55,375 bases of DNA from Anaerolineales bacterium (GCA_041912175.1 JAYRNN010000209.1:1-55375), one strand, 5' to 3'; positions 7,895-19,297 are shown, counted from the stretch's first letter. Notes: a model not told the origin generated them from the letters alone. Made by a program: numbers and translations.

Positions 7895-8008
7895 TGATTA
7901 TATACAATTCCTATAGTGTATTCTACTCGGTTTAGTGTAACCGAGCATGGTTCGCTTGCAATAAATCCACTTCAATACTGTCGTGATCACGATAGAAAGA
8001 AGGTCAGC

Positions 8009-9133
8009 ATGGAAAGTTCAATGGAACAAAAGCCAAAAGGCGGGGGCGGTTTTTTTACTTGGCTGTTAACCAATCTTGGCCGGATTGCGATCTCGCTGGT
8101 CGTCCCGATTGGATTGTTCGTCATCTTGTGGCAGGGTTTTATATTCCTGCGCGATAGCAAGGCGCCGCAATTAATCCTGGTTTTAGTAGCGATTGTCTGG
8201 GGAGTGGGCGGCGTGGCTGCTTTGTTCTGGGTGACCAACTGGCTGGTAGAGAAATTGCCAAGTGAATGGACTCGACGAATCCAACCCTTTGTATTCGTCG
8301 GACCCGCGCTCGCCCTCCTGGCCTGGTACCTGTTTATCCCGGCGGTTCGCACACTAATTCTAAGCTTTCAGAACGATATTAGCACCCAGTGGGTTGGGCT
8401 GGCTAACTACCTTTATTCATTCACTGATCGGGTGATGTTGACTGCCTTTCGCAACAACGTTTTGTGGTTGGTTTTTGGCACCTTTTTCAGTGTCGCTCTT
8501 GGTTTGATCATCGCCGTGTTGGCAGATCGTAGCCGCTATGAAACGATTTATAAAGTGCTGATTTTCTTGCCGATGGCGATTTCTTTCGTCGGCGCAGGCG
8601 TGATCTGGAAGTTTATCTATGCTTATCCAGGCGAGGGTGTTGGCGTCCAACAAATAGGTTTGCTAAATGCGATTGTGGTCGGATTGGGCGGTAAAGCCCA
8701 ACCCTGGTTAACCTTGCCTCCCTGGAATAACTTCTTCTTAATTGTGATTATGGTTTGGCTGCAAACCGGCTTTGCGATGGTGATAATCTCATCCGCCGTC
8801 AAAGGTATTCCGGCCGAATTGCTCGAGGCGGCGCGCGTGGATGGCGCAAGCGAATTAAAGATCTTCTTCAGTATCATCATCCCCAGCATTTCGGGTACAC
8901 TGATCACAGTCACAACAACGATCGTCATTTTTAGCCTGAAATTGTTCGATGTGGTGTATGTCATGACCGGCGGCAATTTTGGCACCACCGTGATCGCCAA
9001 TGAGTTTTATCTCCAGCGCTTCACATATAACAATGCAGGCAGAGCCTCGGCCATTGCCATCGTTCTATTGATTTTGACAACACCGGTTATGATTTACAAC
9101 TTACGCCAGTTTAATGAGAGGAGGGCGTTCTGA
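8009..9133 (+). CDS. Sugar ABC transporter permease (MalF/UgpA-like)
   Basis: Multi-TM protein with the EAA-type loop LLEAARVDGASELKIFFSIIIP. Start moved to the ATG at 8009 (MESSMEQKPKGGGG...), preceded by a purine-rich stretch (gaaagaagg) as a weak ribosome-binding-site candidate. Confidence 0.9.
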   Translation: MESSMEQKPKGGGGFFTWLLTNLGRIAISLVVPIGLFVILWQGFIFLRDSKAPQLILVLVAIVWGVGGVAALFWVTNWLVEKLPSEWTRRIQPFVFVGPALALLAWYLFIPAVRTLILSFQNDISTQWVGLANYLYSFTDRVMLTAFRNNVLWLVFGTFFSVALGLIIAVLADRSRYETIYKVLIFLPMAISFVGAGVIWKFIYAYPGEGVGVQQIGLLNAIVVGLGGKAQPWLTLPPWNNFFLIVIMVWLQTGFAMVIISSAVKGIPAELLEAARVDGASELKIFFSIIIPSISGTLITVTTTIVIFSLKLFDVVYVMTGGNFGTTVIANEFYLQRFTYNNAGRASAIAIVLLILTTPVMIYNLRQFNERRAF

Positions 9134-10242
9134 TGGCCGCCAAATCAACTGGTTTTCAGAAGCAAAAACGTTCTTCCAGCATTTTGGTCAATCTTACTTT
9201 GAGCATCATTTGCTTCATCTGGCTCCTTCCTGTGATTGGATTGTTAATCACATCATTTCGAAACAGTGATGACATCTTCAAAACTGGTTGGTGGACGGTA
9301 TTTCCACATCGCGAATACCAGACCACGCGCCAGATTGTCCTCGATCCATCTATTGATGTGAATGGACCGATGACGGTAGAAGGCGTCACGGCCACGTTCG
9401 ATGAGTTTCGCAATGGGGTGACCGCGCCGAATGGTGAAAAGCTGACCTGGTATGGCAATAAACGCACGCGCACGATCGATGTCTCTGAGCGGGTGTGGGT
9501 CGGCTTCAGCGCTAAGTTGAGTCTAAATAACTATATCAATGTACTATCTGGTAAACCGGTAACTTTTAAAGATGCTACCGGTCGTGAGATTGTGACGCGC
9601 GGCCCAAATCTGGGCAGTGCTTTCTTAAACTCACTGGCAGTAACCATTCCAGCTACGATTATTCCAATCTTGATCGCGGCTTTTGCAGCCTATGGATTTG
9701 CTTGGTTGAATTTCCCTGGGCGTAAATTGTTTTTTATTTTGGTGGTAGCAATGCTGGTTGTGCCATTGCAGATCGCCCTTGTGCCAATCTTGCAGGACTA
9801 TACCAGGCTTAATTTGAACGGCACTTTCCTGGCGATCTGGCTGGCTCATACCGGATTCGGTCTACCGCTCGCGGTTTACCTGCTATTCAACTACATCGCA
9901 TTGTTGCCACGCGAGATACTTGAATCAGCCTTCCTGGATGGCGCTTCGAATTTCACCATATTTACCCAATTAATCCTACCGCTATCAATTCCAGCTCTTG
10001 CATCCTTTGCAATATTCCAGTTCCTGTGGGTATGGAACGATTTTCTGGTGGCGTTGATCTTTTTGGGTACCAAAAACCGGGTTGTGACCAGCGCCTTGGC
10101 TAACCTGATTGGCGAGCGCGGCCAGGACTGGCATTTGCTAACCGCTGGTGCTTTTGTTTCAATGATCTTGCCGTTGTTCGTATTCATAGCCTTGCAGCGC
10201 TACTTTGTGCGCGGTATGATGGCTGGCTCAGTAAAAGGTTAA
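9133..10242 (+). CDS. Sugar ABC transporter permease (MalG/UgpE-like) with enlarged first extracytoplasmic loop
   Basis: EAA loop ILESAFLDGASNFTIFTQLILP and 6 predicted TM helices. About 110 aa are inserted between TM1 and TM2. The start overlaps the upstream stop (ctgATGg). Confidence 0.9.
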   Translation: MAAKSTGFQKQKRSSSILVNLTLSIICFIWLLPVIGLLITSFRNSDDIFKTGWWTVFPHREYQTTRQIVLDPSIDVNGPMTVEGVTATFDEFRNGVTAPNGEKLTWYGNKRTRTIDVSERVWVGFSAKLSLNNYINVLSGKPVTFKDATGREIVTRGPNLGSAFLNSLAVTIPATIIPILIAAFAAYGFAWLNFPGRKLFFILVVAMLVVPLQIALVPILQDYTRLNLNGTFLAIWLAHTGFGLPLAVYLLFNYIALLPREILESAFLDGASNFTIFTQLILPLSIPALASFAIFQFLWVWNDFLVALIFLGTKNRVVTSALANLIGERGQDWHLLTAGAFVSMILPLFVFIALQRYFVRGMMAGSVKG

Positions 10243-10364
10243 ATTCCTTATTTTCTATTCCAGATTGAACGGCGGAATCCGTAACCTGGAATGAACGGGG
10301 GGAGGTCATTAAAAGGCCTCCCTCCGATTAGAAAATCGGATGGGCATGTTTTGGAGGCAGGGAT

Positions 10365-11714
10365 TTGGATGAATTAAATTTTCCTGAAGGTTTTTTGTGG
10401 GGGGCGGCGACGTCCTCGTATCAAATCGAAGGCGCCTGGGACCTGGATGGAAAGGGTGAAAGCATCTGGGACCGTTTTTGTCATCACCAGGATATGATCG
10501 AAAATGGCGATACAGGGGATATCGCCATAGGTCATTATCATCGTATGCCTGAAGATGTGACTCTCATGCAAGAATTAGGCTTGCAGAGTTACCGCTTCTC
10601 AATCTGCTGGCCGCGCGTGCTCCCAAATGGGCGTGGCGCAATCAACATCCGTGGTCTGGATTTTTACGATCGCCTCGTGGATCTGCTCCTGGCAGCCGGG
10701 ATCCAGCCAAACGCAACCCTCAACCATTGGGATTATCCTCAGACGTTGCAAGAACAAGGCGGCTGGCTGAATCGGGACAGTTGCGACTGGTTCGCCGATT
10801 ATGCCAGTCTGATGTTCGCCAGGCTAGGCGATCGTGTTAAGCTCTGGGCGACTCATAATGAGCCCTGGGTTGTAGCTTTCTTAGGCTTCCAACTCGGGAT
10901 ATTCGCTCCTGGAAGGTGTGATTCCAGCGCTGCATACCAGGTAACCCACCACCTGTTGCTCTCCCACGCGAAGGCAGTGCAAGCATTCCACCAGGGCAAT
11001 CAAGAGGGCAAGATCGGGATCGTGTTGAACCTGCCCTGCTTTCAACCAGCCAGTGACAAGCCAGCGGATCTTTTTGCCTGGCGTCGCAGGCATATGGAAT
11101 TTTACAACTTATATTTAGATCCGATCTACAGGGGTTTTTATCCCCAAGAATTAATGGATTGGATCGGTCCCCACCAGCCGAAGATTCAACCCGGTGATCT
11201 GGAGCTGATCCATCAACCGATGGACTACCTGGGCCTGAATTATTATTCGACAGAGCTTGTCTCGCATGCTTTATGGGGAGGTTTGCTCAAAACCAGCTCC
11301 AGACCTCTATCTGGCCCAGGGTGGGGTGGTACAGCGATGAATTGGGGTATTTATCCCCCAGGGCTTAGCGATGTGTTAACCGATCTGCAGTTAAATTTCG
11401 GAAACCCACCGGTTTATATCGCAGAAAATGGCACTGCTTTGGAGGATATCCCCGATGAAAATGACCTTGTGGAAGATTGGGGACGGGTCAATTATTTGCG
11501 AGCGCATTTACAGGAAGTTCATGGCGCGATCCAAAAAGGTGCAAATGTGAAGGGCTATTATACGTGGAGCCTTTTTGATAATTTCGAATGGTCTTCCGGG
11601 TATCGGCCGCGTTTTGGCATCGTGCGGGTGAATTATGAGACCCTAAAGCGCACGCCAAAGCGAAGCGCCTGGTGGTACAAACATGTCATTAGGGAAAATG
11701 CTATAAACATATGA
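10365..11714 (+). CDS. GH1 beta-glucosidase
   Basis: GH1 signatures [21 protein letters not shown], the acid/base NEP in THNEPWV, and the nucleophile in YIAENG. TTG start, with GGAGG 7 nt upstream. Confidence 0.9.
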   Translation: MDELNFPEGFLWGAATSSYQIEGAWDLDGKGESIWDRFCHHQDMIENGDTGDIAIGHYHRMPEDVTLMQELGLQSYRFSICWPRVLPNGRGAINIRGLDFYDRLVDLLLAAGIQPNATLNHWDYPQTLQEQGGWLNRDSCDWFADYASLMFARLGDRVKLWATHNEPWVVAFLGFQLGIFAPGRCDSSAAYQVTHHLLLSHAKAVQAFHQGNQEGKIGIVLNLPCFQPASDKPADLFAWRRRHMEFYNLYLDPIYRGFYPQELMDWIGPHQPKIQPGDLELIHQPMDYLGLNYYSTELVSHALWGGLLKTSSRPLSGPGWGGTAMNWGIYPPGLSDVLTDLQLNFGNPPVYIAENGTALEDIPDENDLVEDWGRVNYLRAHLQEVHGAIQKGANVKGYYTWSLFDNFEWSSGYRPRFGIVRVNYETLKRTPKRSAWWYKHVIRENAINI

Positions 11715-13354
11715 TTAGCAACGATCCGCTTTGGTTTAAAAACGCGATATTTTATGAAGTCTATGTGCGCGCCTTCTGTGATAGCAATTCCGATGGACAT
11801 GGCGACCTGCCAGGATTAATTCAAAAGCTGGATTATCTCCAAGCTCTGGGAGTAAATTGTATCTGGCTTTTGCCCATCTATCCATCCCCGTTACGCGATG
11901 ATGGCTATGATATAGCAGATTATTATGGCGTGCTGAGTACCTATGGTGAGCTGGATGATTTCCGAACCCTGGTTGATCAGACACATGCGCGTGGGATGCG
12001 GATTATTACCGATTTAGTCCTCAATCATACCTCAGACCAACATCCCTGGTTTCAGGCTTCTCGTTCTAGTCGGGATTCTCGCTTCCGTGATTACTATGTA
12101 TGGAGCGATACCGATCAAAAATATCAAGACGCACGCATCATTTTCCTGGATACAGAATCATCTAACTGGACATGGGATGCTCAAGCACAGCAATATTTCT
12201 GGCATCGTTTTTACGCAACGCAGCCCGATCTCAATTACGATAACCCAGAAGTTCAACAAGCCATGCTGAATGTCATGAGGTTCTGGTTAGACCTGGGGGT
12301 AGATGGTTTTCGCGCGGATGCTGTGCCTTACCTTTTTGAACGTGAAGGCGCCAACTGCGAAAATTTACCCGAGACACACAGCTATTTAAAGAAACTGCGC
12401 CGTTATATTGACGAGCACTATCCAGGTCGGATTTTACTGTGCGAGGCCAATCAATGGCCGGAGGACGTACGGCCTTATTTTGGAGACGGCGATGAGTTCC
12501 AAATCGGATTTCATTTCCCGGTGATGCCGCGTATCTATATGGCATTGCGCAAAGGTGATAAATCCGCGCTGGAATGGATCCTGGATCGTACGCCATCAAT
12601 CCCTGAGGAATGCCAGTGGTGTATATTCCTTCGCAATCATGACGAGTTGACCCTTGAAATGGTCACTGAAGAGGAACGCCAGTGGATGTGGCAAGAGTAT
12701 GCTCCGCAGATGCGCATGCGCCTCAACCTTGGTATCCGCCGCCGTCTGGCCCCTTTGCTGGATAATGACCGTCGTAAAATTGAATTAGCTAATTACTAGC
12801 TTTTTACGTTACCTGGTTCACCGATTATTTATTATGGCGATGAATTCGGTATGGGTGACAATATCGATATACCGGATCGGAATGGAGTGCGTACTCCCAT
12901 GCAGTGGAATTCCGATCCTTCAGCAGGATTTTCCAGCGCTGATCCGACCGAGTATTACGCGCCTGTGATCGAGAAAGCTCCTTTTAGCCCTGAACTAGTG
13001 AACGTGGCTGCTCAACGCTCGGATCCAAACTCACTTTGGCACACCGTTCAAAAAATGATCGCTTTGCGAAAGAAACACCCCGTTTTTGGCTGGGGAAAGT
13101 TTGAATGGGTGGATACCCAAAACCAGAGCATTGCTGGGTATTATCGTAGTAGCTCGGACGAGAAAATTTTAATTGTTAACAATCTTTCCGAAAAACCACA
13201 ACGACTTTCAATCTCCCTGAAAATGAATCAGAATTCTCGTTTGTTTAATTTGTGGGAAGGGGAAACGATGATCCCAACCTCGGCGAACGGGTTCGAACTT
13301 ACTCTTCAAGCATATCAATTTTTATGGTTAATGATTGAAGAACGACAAGGGTAG
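11711..13354 (+). pseudogene. treS: Trehalose synthase / maltose alpha-D-glucosyltransferase (GH13) interrupted by a single in-frame TAG at 12797-12799
   Basis: The ORFs 11711-12799 and 12851-13354 are in the same frame. Reading through the TAG gives ...[50 protein letters not shown]..., which is colinear with the remembered TreS block IELxxALLLSLPGSPxLYYGDEIGMGDN. All GH13 catalytic blocks are intact ([30 protein letters not shown]). The continuous reading frame is 547 codons. Confidence 0.75.
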
Positions 13355-13361
13355 CAAAGTC

Positions 13362-14378
13362 ATGAAGGCGGCCACAATCCGGGATGTTGCCAGGCAAGCC
13401 GGCGTGGGATTAGGCACTGTTTCGCGTGTTTTGAACGGCAGCCCCTCGGTCAGCGAGGCTACCCGCCAGCGAGTCATGGATACTATTCGCGAATTGAATT
13501 TTGTCCCGAATCCTACGGCGCGCAAGCTTTCCCTCGGTCGAACTCAGACGATCGCGGTCATTGTTCCTTTCTTCACCCGGCCATCCTTTACTGAGCGCTT
13601 GAGAGGGATTGAAAGCGCCCTGGCTGAGAGCGATTATGACCTGATTATTTATAATGTGGAAACAGTCAAACGTCGTGATAGTTGCATACGGGAGGCGCCG
13701 CGCGGAGAGCGCGCCGATGGGGTATTGATCCTTTCGTTGTCTCCACGCGATGATGATTTGCCCTATCTTGCCCAGGCCGAAGTCCCAATTGTTCTGGTCG
13801 ATGCGAATCATCCTTCGCTCTTTTCTCTAAACCGTGTCACCGTTGATGATTTTACTGGTGGGCAATTGGCGACCCAACATTTAATTAATCTCGGACATAC
13901 GCGTATCGGATATATCAGTGATTTTCTGGATACGCCGTTTAATTTTACCTCGAGCCGCGATCGATTATTTGGCTACCAAGCCGCACTGGCCTCCGCTGGA
14001 TTACCTTGTCTCCCTGAGTACCATAAGCAAGGTGAACATGGTCGATTTGAGGCTTTTGTCCTGGCGTTGGAGATGCTTGCCTTGCCAGAACGCCCAACAG
14101 CGATTTTTGCTGCCAGTGATACCCAGGCCATGGGTGTACTCCAGGCTGCCAGGGAACTGGGGTTGCGTGTCCCCGAAGATCTATCGGTTATTGGCTACGA
14201 CGATATCGAGGTTTCTGAATACTTGAAACTGACCACCATCCGTCAGCTCCTCCATGAGTCTGGTCAGCGAGGGGTCGAGTTACTGCTGACGATCATGGCC
14301 ATTCCTACAGGTCAACCAGTCCATGAAGTCATGCCTGTAGAATTGGTAATCCGCAACACAACTGGACCTAAAAGGTGA
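13362..14378 (+). CDS. LacI family transcriptional regulator
   Basis: N-terminal [26 protein letters not shown] followed by a periplasmic-binding-protein-like sugar-binding core (...[32 protein letters not shown]). Start set at the ATG at 13362, just after the treS stop. Confidence 0.9.
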   Translation: MKAATIRDVARQAGVGLGTVSRVLNGSPSVSEATRQRVMDTIRELNFVPNPTARKLSLGRTQTIAVIVPFFTRPSFTERLRGIESALAESDYDLIIYNVETVKRRDSCIREAPRGERADGVLILSLSPRDDDLPYLAQAEVPIVLVDANHPSLFSLNRVTVDDFTGGQLATQHLINLGHTRIGYISDFLDTPFNFTSSRDRLFGYQAALASAGLPCLPEYHKQGEHGRFEAFVLALEMLALPERPTAIFAASDTQAMGVLQAARELGLRVPEDLSVIGYDDIEVSEYLKLTTIRQLLHESGQRGVELLLTIMAIPTGQPVHEVMPVELVIRNTTGPKR

Positions 14379-14382
14379 AATT

Positions 14383-15288
14383 ATGAAAAAATTATTCGCT
14401 GGAATTGAGGCAGGCGGTACAAAATTTGTCTGTGCAGTGGGCAGCAGCCCTGACGATCTAGGACCACCTGTATCTTTCCCAACCACAAACCCAGAAGAAA
14501 CGATCCAACGCACGATTAACTTCCTCACTGAACAGCAGGCAAAGCACACGGGCTTTGATGCGATTGGTATTGCCTCCTTTGGACCGCTAGATCCCCGGCC
14601 TGGTTCACCAACCTATGGGTACATTACTACCACTCCCAAACCTGGCTGGGCAAATTATGACATCGTAAATGCCATCTACCGACATTTTCCCGTCCCTATC
14701 GGTTTTGATACGGATGTGAATGGCGCGGCGTTGGGCGAATGGCGTTGGGGCGCTGCACAAGGTCTGGATACATTTATTTATCTTACGATTGGCACAGGCA
14801 TTGGCGGCGGTGGGATGGCAAACGGGCAGTTGATGCATGGTTTGGTTCATCCGGAGATGGGTCACATGCTCCTGCGTCACGATCAACAGCGAGATCCTTA
14901 TCCAGGCAGGTGTCCTTACCATGGGGATTGCTTCGAAGGCCTCGCAGCCGGACCTGCCATCGAGCAACGCTGGGGCCGATCGGCGAAAACATTGCCCGCG
15001 GATCACCCGGCCTGGGACCTGGAGGCGGAATACCTGGCGCTCGGATTGGTAAACCTGATCACCACAATCTCACCAGAACGAATCATCCTGGGAGGCGGAG
15101 TGATGCAGCAACCGCAGATTTTTCCGCTACTCAGGAAAAAAGTCCAATTGCTGTTGAACGGATACGTGCAATCTCCGGTAATCATGGAGCAGATCGATGC
15201 CTATATCGTGCCGCCTGCTCTTGGCAACCGCGCAGGAGTACTCGGCGCGATTGCGCTGGCGGAATTTGCGAATCAACAAGCTAAATAA
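14383..15288 (+). CDS. ROK family sugar kinase (fructokinase/Mak-like)
   Basis: ATP-binding N-terminus [17 protein letters not shown] block [10 protein letters not shown], and Zn-binding HxxxxxxxxxxCxxHxxC (HPEMGH...[10 protein letters not shown]), as in Mak-type fructokinases. Confidence 0.8.
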   Translation: MKKLFAGIEAGGTKFVCAVGSSPDDLGPPVSFPTTNPEETIQRTINFLTEQQAKHTGFDAIGIASFGPLDPRPGSPTYGYITTTPKPGWANYDIVNAIYRHFPVPIGFDTDVNGAALGEWRWGAAQGLDTFIYLTIGTGIGGGGMANGQLMHGLVHPEMGHMLLRHDQQRDPYPGRCPYHGDCFEGLAAGPAIEQRWGRSAKTLPADHPAWDLEAEYLALGLVNLITTISPERIILGGGVMQQPQIFPLLRKKVQLLLNGYVQSPVIMEQIDAYIVPPALGNRAGVLGAIALAEFANQQAK

Positions 15289-15307
15289 AAAAGTGGAGAA
15301 GAATGTT

Positions 15308-17245
15308 ATGCCAGCTACGGAGCGTCAAATCAAGGTTTCGCTGTCTCGGCTATTGCCGCGGGTAGAGGCAGCCTTTGCTTCTGAGATCGCTCAAAAGCCT
15401 GAAGAATGGGCGGAGTTTGCTTGCCGTATTCAGAATCATTTCCCTCGTTTATTTCAAATCTATTACCTGCTTTACAGCCATGAGTATGACTTTTATTTTC
15501 ACTTAGAAGATTTACTGATGACCCTGGCGCGTTCCTGGCTCCTTCGACCTGCGGATTTAAAAACACTGGATACAGAACGTGAGGTCCACCCGAGATGGTT
15601 TGAATCAAATCGTCTTGTTGGCGGTGTCCTCTATGTTGACCTGTTTGCTGGCGATCTAGCAGGCGTCCGTGGCAGGATTCCGTACTTCAAGGAACTTGGC
15701 CTGAGCTATTTACATTTGATGCCACTTTTCCGCGTCCCGCAGGGAGAAAACGATGGCGGCTATGCTGTGAACAGCTATCGTGAGGTTAACCCGACCCTGG
15801 GAAGCATGCAGGAGCTCTCAGATCTGGCGCGTGAACTTCGCCAACATGGGATTAGCCTGGTGCTCGATCTGGTATTCAACCACACATCTAATGAGCATGA
15901 ATGGGCTGAACAAGCGATTGCAGGCGTTCAAGATTTTCAAGATTACTATCGCTTATTCCCAGATCGACAAATGCCGGATGCGTATGAAAGAAACCTGCGG
16001 GAAATTTTCCCCGATGAGCATCCAGGGATGTTTACCTTTTGGCCGGGGTTGGACAAATGGGTTTGGACCACTTTTCATTCGTACCAATGGGATTTAAACT
16101 ACGCTAATCCGACCGTGTTTAACCGCATGGCAGAAGAGATGCTCTTTATCGCCAACCAGGGCGTGGAGGTGATCCGCCTGGATGCGGTGGCTTTTATTTG
16201 GAAAGAGCTTGGCACAAATTGCGAAAATCTTCCCCAAGCTCATCAGCTCATCCAGGCATTCAATGCTGTTGCAAGGATCGCTTCTCCAGCCCTGTTGTTC
16301 AAATCAGAGGCGATCGTCCATCCAGATGAAGTTGTTAAGTATATTCAACCGGGTGAATGCCAGCTTTCTTACAATCCGCTGCTGATGGCGCTGTTGTGGG
16401 AATCCTTGGCAACGCGCAGTGTTCGCCTTCTCGACCAGGCGATGCGTGAGCGCTTTAAGCTGCCGGACGGCGCCGCCTGGGTTAATTATGTACGCTGCCA
16501 CGATGATATTGGTTGGACTTTTTCAGACGAAGCTGCAGCGCGCCTGGGGATCAATAGTTTTGAACACCGCAAGTTTTTGAATAATTTTTATATGGGAAGG
16601 TTTCCTGGCAGCTTCGCACGTGGCCTGCCATTTCAAGAGAACCCTAAGACTGGCGATGTGCGAATTTCAGGTACTTGCGCTTCGTTAGCTGGCCTGGAAA
16701 AAGCGATACGTGAAGAGACATCGGCTGAAGTTGAGCTGGCTATCCGGCGCATTTTTCTCATCCATGGGGTAATTCTGACTATCGGGGGTATTCCATTGCT
16801 TTATTTGGGCGATGAGATTGGTGGGCTAAACGATTACAGCTACCGGAGCGATCCGGCCAAAGCTGGCGACAGCCGTTGGGTTCACCGGCCTTTCGCAAAT
16901 GAAGAAGGTTATGCCCACCGCCAGGACCCATCCACGATTGAAGGACGAGTCTATAAAGGTCTTCAACGGTTGATCGCCTTACGTCTGTCCCATCAAGAAT
17001 TCTCCGGACAGCAAATGCAGGTAATCGAAACAGGCAACCAACAAGTATTAGGTTATATGCGGAGCCATGCCAACGAACGCGCGCTGATCCTGGCCAATTT
17101 TAGCGAGCGAGACCAAATTCTGCCAGCCAATCTGTTACGGTTGTATGGATTGGGCTACTTGTTTACCGATCTACTGAGTGGTGAGACAAACGCGATTGGC
17201 GATATTATCCTCGCTCCGTACGATTTTCGCGCCCTGGGCGTCTAA
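15308..17245 (+). CDS. Amylosucrase (GH13_4 sucrose glucosyltransferase)
   Basis: Close to the remembered Neisseria amylosucrase blocks: [130 protein letters not shown]. Start set at the ATG at 15308, after GGAGAAG. Confidence 0.85.
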   Translation: MPATERQIKVSLSRLLPRVEAAFASEIAQKPEEWAEFACRIQNHFPRLFQIYYLLYSHEYDFYFHLEDLLMTLARSWLLRPADLKTLDTEREVHPRWFESNRLVGGVLYVDLFAGDLAGVRGRIPYFKELGLSYLHLMPLFRVPQGENDGGYAVNSYREVNPTLGSMQELSDLARELRQHGISLVLDLVFNHTSNEHEWAEQAIAGVQDFQDYYRLFPDRQMPDAYERNLREIFPDEHPGMFTFWPGLDKWVWTTFHSYQWDLNYANPTVFNRMAEEMLFIANQGVEVIRLDAVAFIWKELGTNCENLPQAHQLIQAFNAVARIASPALLFKSEAIVHPDEVVKYIQPGECQLSYNPLLMALLWESLATRSVRLLDQAMRERFKLPDGAAWVNYVRCHDDIGWTFSDEAAARLGINSFEHRKFLNNFYMGRFPGSFARGLPFQENPKTGDVRISGTCASLAGLEKAIREETSAEVELAIRRIFLIHGVILTIGGIPLLYLGDEIGGLNDYSYRSDPAKAGDSRWVHRPFANEEGYAHRQDPSTIEGRVYKGLQRLIALRLSHQEFSGQQMQVIETGNQQVLGYMRSHANERALILANFSERDQILPANLLRLYGLGYLFTDLLSGETNAIGDIILAPYDFRALGV

Positions 17246-17371
17246 TAATATTACTTAAACATGACACTTTACGTCCACAGACAGGAATATAGTCCATTGT
17301 ATTTTGACGGAATTTCTGTCAAAATCAAGGTTAATCAATAACCGTCAAACTTTTCACAATGGAAGGGCTCA

Positions 17372-19297
17372 ATGATGAACAAAAACGACTTTCCTGGTCT
17401 GCGTCAATTTTCCCCAATTCAGTTAAATCTGCGTTTTCCAGTCCCATCGGATATCGAAATCGCACAAGAGGCTCAATTGAAGCCGATCACCCAGGTAGCC
17501 GATGAAGTCGGCCTGCTGCCTGAGGAGATCGAGTTGCACGGAAGCTATGAGGCTAAAATTCGCCTGGAGGTACTTGAACGGCTAAGAGACGTTCCGGATG
17601 GCAAATATATCGACGTGACTGCGATCACTCCAACGCCATTGGGTGAAGGAAAAAGCACCACCATGGTTGGTTTAAGCCAGGCCTTGGGCGCCCACCTGGG
17701 CAAGCGAGTGTTTACCTGTATCCGCCAACCCAGTCAGGGCCCCACTTTTGGCATTAAAGGCGGCGCGGCTGGCGGTGGGTATAGCCAGGTAGTACCAATG
17801 GAAGATTTCAACTTGCACCTGACAGGCGATATCCACGCCATCACTGCCGCCAACAATCTGTTAGCTGCTGCGATTGATGCGCGCATCTTCCACGAATCTA
17901 AGCAACCCGATGATCTTAAATTGTTTAATGCATTGTGCCCGGCTAACAAGCAAGGCGTGCGTAAATTCTCTCCATCCATGCTTCGCCGGCTCAAGAAGCT
18001 TGGCATTGATAAAACTAATCCGGACGAATTGACATCAGAAGAGAAAAGTCGTTTTGCTCGCCTGGATATCGATCCAAAAAGCATTACCTGGCGGCGAGTT
18101 GTCGACACCAATGATCGTTTTCTGCGCGAAATAGAGATTGGGCTCGGCCCCGAAGAACAAATGCCGCGCCGCACCGGTTACGACATCACTGTTGCCAGCG
18201 AAATCATGGCCATCCTGGCGCTCACCTCAAACCTGGCGGACATGCGCGAGCGGATGGGCAAGATCGTGATTGGCACTAACAAAGCGGGCGAAGCGGTTAC
18301 CGCCGAAGATCTGGGAGTAGCCGGAGCGATGACCGTTTTGATGAAAGATGCCATTAAACCTACTTTGATGCAGACCCTGGAAGGCACACCAGTTTTTGTG
18401 CATGCAGGGCCGTTTGCCAATATTGCCCATGGTCAGAGCTCGATCATTGCTGATAAGATTGCTTTGAAACTGGCTGACTACGTCGTCACAGAGTCTGGTT
18501 TTGGCGCTGATATTGGCATGGAAAAATTCTTCGATATCAAATGCCGCTATTCGGGTTTGATCCCGAATGTTGTTGTCATGGTCGCGACGGTACGAGCGCT
18601 AAAAATGCATGGCGGCGGGCCAAAAGTGGTGGCAGGCAAACCGTTGGCAGTAGAGTACACGGATGAGAACCTTGGGCTGCTTGCTGCTGGGCTCGGTAAC
18701 CTCCAACATCACATTAAAAACGCTCGCCGCTATGGCATTCCCGTGGTGGTTGCGGTTAATTCATTTGCCACGGATACCCCTGCCGAAGTCGAATTGGTGC
18801 GTAATGCGGCATTGGAAGCGGGCGCCGAAGATGCAGTCGTCTGCAAGCATTGGATGGAAGGCGGCAAGGGTGCAACACAGTTAGCTGAAGCTGTTGTGAA
18901 GGCAGCCGAAAAACCCAGTAACTTCCAATTCCTTTACCCTCTAGACATCTCGATCAAAGAGAAGATTGAGATCATTTGCAAGGAAATTTATGGCGCAGAT
19001 GGCGTAGATTACCTGCCCGAGGCAGAAGCTAAAATTGAATTGTACACTCGTCTCGGATTTGATAATTTGCCCCTCTGCATGGCGAAGACTCATTTGAGCC
19101 TTAGCCCTAATCCAGAGCTCAAAGGTGTACCGAAAGGTTTCCGCGTCCCAGTTCGGGATATTCGCGCCTCGGCTGGAGCTGGATTTCTTTACCCGCTACT
19201 AGGCGAAATGCGCACCATGCCTGGTTTGCCCACCCGGCCGGTATTCTATGATGTCGACCTGGATTTAGAGACCGGACGAGTCTTAGGTCTGTTCTGA
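17372..19297 (+). CDS. fhs: Formate--tetrahydrofolate ligase, long (eukaryote-like insert-containing) form
   Basis: FTHFS blocks [43 protein letters not shown] and [19 protein letters not shown]. At 641 aa it is longer than the roughly 560-aa typical bacterial enzymes. Confidence 0.95.
   Translation: MMNKNDFPGLRQFSPIQLNLRFPVPSDIEIAQEAQLKPITQVADEVGLLPEEIELHGSYEAKIRLEVLERLRDVPDGKYIDVTAITPTPLGEGKSTTMVGLSQALGAHLGKRVFTCIRQPSQGPTFGIKGGAAGGGYSQVVPMEDFNLHLTGDIHAITAANNLLAAAIDARIFHESKQPDDLKLFNALCPANKQGVRKFSPSMLRRLKKLGIDKTNPDELTSEEKSRFARLDIDPKSITWRRVVDTNDRFLREIEIGLGPEEQMPRRTGYDITVASEIMAILALTSNLADMRERMGKIVIGTNKAGEAVTAEDLGVAGAMTVLMKDAIKPTLMQTLEGTPVFVHAGPFANIAHGQSSIIADKIALKLADYVVTESGFGADIGMEKFFDIKCRYSGLIPNVVVMVATVRALKMHGGGPKVVAGKPLAVEYTDENLGLLAAGLGNLQHHIKNARRYGIPVVVAVNSFATDTPAEVELVRNAALEAGAEDAVVCKHWMEGGKGATQLAEAVVKAAEKPSNFQFLYPLDISIKEKIEIICKEIYGADGVDYLPEAEAKIELYTRLGFDNLPLCMAKTHLSLSPNPELKGVPKGFRVPVRDIRASAGAGFLYPLLGEMRTMPGLPTRPVFYDVDLDLETGRVLGLF

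Noticed and set aside
12797-12799. The in-frame TAG in treS as pyrrolysine or other programmed recoding
   Set aside because: There is no pyl gene context and no recoding signal that I can see. The position aligns with an ordinary conserved Leu, and TTG to TAG is a one-step change. A nonsense mutation or a sequence error is far more parsimonious. The observation itself is kept as a finding.
17246-17371. Riboswitch (ZTP/pfl or THF) upstream of fhs
   Set aside because: ZTP riboswitches often precede fhs. However, the conserved GGGUCGUGAC...CCGCCUGGGC elements are absent. Only a weak 9-bp hairpin (ttttgacgg/ctgtcaaaa) is present.
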